Shown: positions 61,711 to 64,000 of the stretch, piece by piece
Layout of the letters: every line of letters begins with the position of its first letter
How positions within the stretch are numbered: position 1 is the first letter of the stretch
Assembly (NCBI GenBank): GCA_965645245.1
Contig: OZ287074.1
Span: forward strand, 372,001-436,000
Source: Massalongia carnosa
Lineage: Eukaryota
Direction: 5' to 3'
DNA: 64,000 nucleotides
Made by a program: the position numbers and the translations under genes
Notes under the pieces: model-generated
The model's input: the letters and a program-made list of their open reading frames with translations, nothing else
The model's database searches: none
Told to the model about the DNA's origin: nothing

Positions 61711-63435
61711 CGGTTTAACCGCTCGCGCTTGTTAGGAGAAGGTGTAGGGAGTTCAGGTGGGCGGGTTGGTTTTTTTTAGAGACTGGTACGTAAGGCGTTT
61801 GGGGGAGGAGGGAAGGATGAGGGGGTTGGGTTTCTTGGAGTGGGGGAGGATGAGATGGATTACTTGCCTGACTGGCTAGATGAGGGGATGCGGATTGATT
61901 GTTGAGGGGGTATCATGGAAAGGAAGTGGGAAAAGGAATGATAAGCACCATCCATCCATCCACTATCCTTTTCTCTAGTGATCACATCACGCACGAGTGA
62001 ACCCACTCCCTCCTCTCTTTTTGTGTGTTTCCTACACTTATCATGTGTTTCCCCGATAAGTTGTTAGAGCTTTCATCCTGAACAATATTCGGGTTGTGGT
62101 TACTTTTTTCTTTTCGTCTTTTTCTTCGATGCCCCCTTTTTGCACATGTATTTCCCATCAAGTATCCTACCTACCCACCCGTCTATCCCGCTTTACCTAC
62201 GGGGCACCTATTCACAGACGCATAAACCACTTCCCTCGTCAAGAGAGCGATGTGATGCTTTTTTCTTCTTCTTTCAATTTCAAATCCCACATGAACCTAA
62301 CCCGTTTCTTCCGCTTTGGCGATTCCCATCAATTGTCATTGGCCATTTCCCGTTCTTCGCCTTTCCTCCCCTTTTTCTTTTTCTCTCTTTAATCAGTCGT
62401 CTCGTCTTGTCATGTAGAACTATAGCCAACCAACCCGAGACGGAAATAAAATGAATGATCCAAGTGTCAATTTCACCGCCGTCGATTCCATCTTCCATTT
62501 TCCAGCTCCCGCAAAACCGTGACGTATTCGCTGGAGTGGAGATGAGGCATACATACATACGCTCCTAATGGTGTTAGCTGCCTTTCTGCTTCTTGAAGGA
62601 ATTCGCTCTTTCCGTCCCTGTCTTTACACATTGACTCTACATCTCTCTTAGTATATTAGCTTCCGAAAGGCGTTTCGTCGTCTCTCTTTGATACTTCTTC
62701 CTCCCTTTCTTGTCGTCAAAAGCTGGTGGACGTGATAAGCAAGCCTTCCCCCAGTCCTCCTTCTTCCTCAACCAACCTCTTAGCCGCCCTTTCTTCCCCT
62801 CTCTCCCAATCTCCAACTCACCATATCCAACACCCCTCCGTCAACCTTCCATCTCGCCCACTCGCCCCCCCCCCCTCCCCTTGCCCCTACGCCCTTTCCA
62901 CTCCTACACTACCTCTATCCGCTGGATATCCCAGGGTCTTTTTATATCTGGTTCCTACCCCTCTTTTCGCCCAGCAAGTATCCACTAGCTAGGTGGGCCG
63001 CTAGCTGCTGAAAGGTGGTTAGGAATAACATAATACGATAACCTCGACTGATAGAAAAAGGGGGGGATTGGTCCTGGAGGACTGGGGGGATGATATGTGA
63101 GACCATGATGATGGGTGAATGGAGAAGAGAGGAGGGATGATGGTTAGATTGGGGCAGGGAAAGAGTGTTAATGATATTGGGTGTTGAGGAAAGAGGAAGG
63201 GTGTTATTAAAAATGGGCGTTGATGAGCCAAAACGAAGGAACCAGGAGGGCATGAGATGGCCAAAAGATAAAGAAAGTGGGAGTCGCTACGGACTGCAGA
63301 GAGCGTCAGAGTATCCCTGTGATCCATAATACACGTTCCGAATCAAGCTGGGCCTTTAAAAAATTTTCGACTTATGTACGTAGTTAAACTTTCGTAGCAT
63401 ACATGATGAAGCTAGACCTTCCAAGCTCCAAGAAT

Positions 63436-64000
63436 TCACCCAAACATCGCATCCCCAATACGAATCGATACGGTCTTCGTTTGCGTATAATTCGCCAGCA
63501 CCGCCTCACCTTGCTCGCGCCCAATACCGCTCTCCTTGTAGCCGCCAAACGGCAATGTATGATGAAACATGTTGTATTGGTTTACCCAGACGGTGCCCGC
63601 GCGCAGCTCATTCGAGACGCGGATGGCGGTGTTGAGGTTCTTGGTATGCACAGCGGCGGCGAGGCCGTAAGTAGTCGTGTTACCAAGGCGGATGGCGTCG
63701 GCCTCGTCCTTAAACTTAGCGATGGAGCACACGGGGCCGAAGATTTCCTCTTGCATGATCTTCATGTCTTCGGTCACGTTGGAGAAGATGGTGGGTTGGA
63801 TGAAGTAACCTTCCTTGCCGTGGCGTTCGCCACCAATCTCAACCTTGGCCCCTTCCTTTTTGCCATGTTCGATGTAACTATGTACTTTATTTTAGTAGAT
63901 GCGGGGGCAACGCCGTCTGTTGGCGAACATACCTCATGATGCGATCGTACTGAAGCTGCGACACTTGAGGGCCTTGGAACGTGTCAGGCGCGAATGGATC
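63436..64000 (-). CDS. Aldehyde dehydrogenase (AldA/ALD4-5-like), 3' part; intron 63878-63932
   Basis: TFQGPQVSQLQYDRIM, GYFIQPTIFS, EEIFGPV, YGLAAAV, PFGGYKESGIGRE and YTQTKTV. Confidence 0.93.

Overview
Eukaryotic, intron-rich filamentous ascomycete (Pezizomycotina) genomic DNA; a lichen-forming Lecanoromycete is plausible but cannot be proven from the sequence. The window holds about 17 mostly housekeeping protein genes: the 3' end of UV endonuclease uve1, a two-HKD phospholipase D-like gene, APP1, an agmatinase-like ureohydrolase, a MATE exporter, an MFS transporter, p23/SBA1, VPS24, YRA1, a large WD40 protein, UPF3, PPG1, a pyridoxamine-phosphate-oxidase-family gene, three conserved hypotheticals and the 3' end of an aldehyde dehydrogenase. 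It also holds a decayed MFS pseudogene with RIP-like changes, several microsatellites, a normal tRNA-Gly(GCC), and next to it a 5'-truncated LINE (15-bp target-site duplication) carrying a nested 680-bp TIR element. The standout is at 50372-50498: a tRNA-Trp(CCA) gene whose anticodon stem is split by a 55-nt insert with the hallmarks of a spliceosomal (GTAAGT...ATTAAC...TAG) intron rather than a normal 37/38 tRNA intron. Removing it exactly at GT/AG restores a 72-nt cloverleaf. All calls were made by eye from the sequence and ORF track; no searches were run, and exon boundaries are manual estimates.
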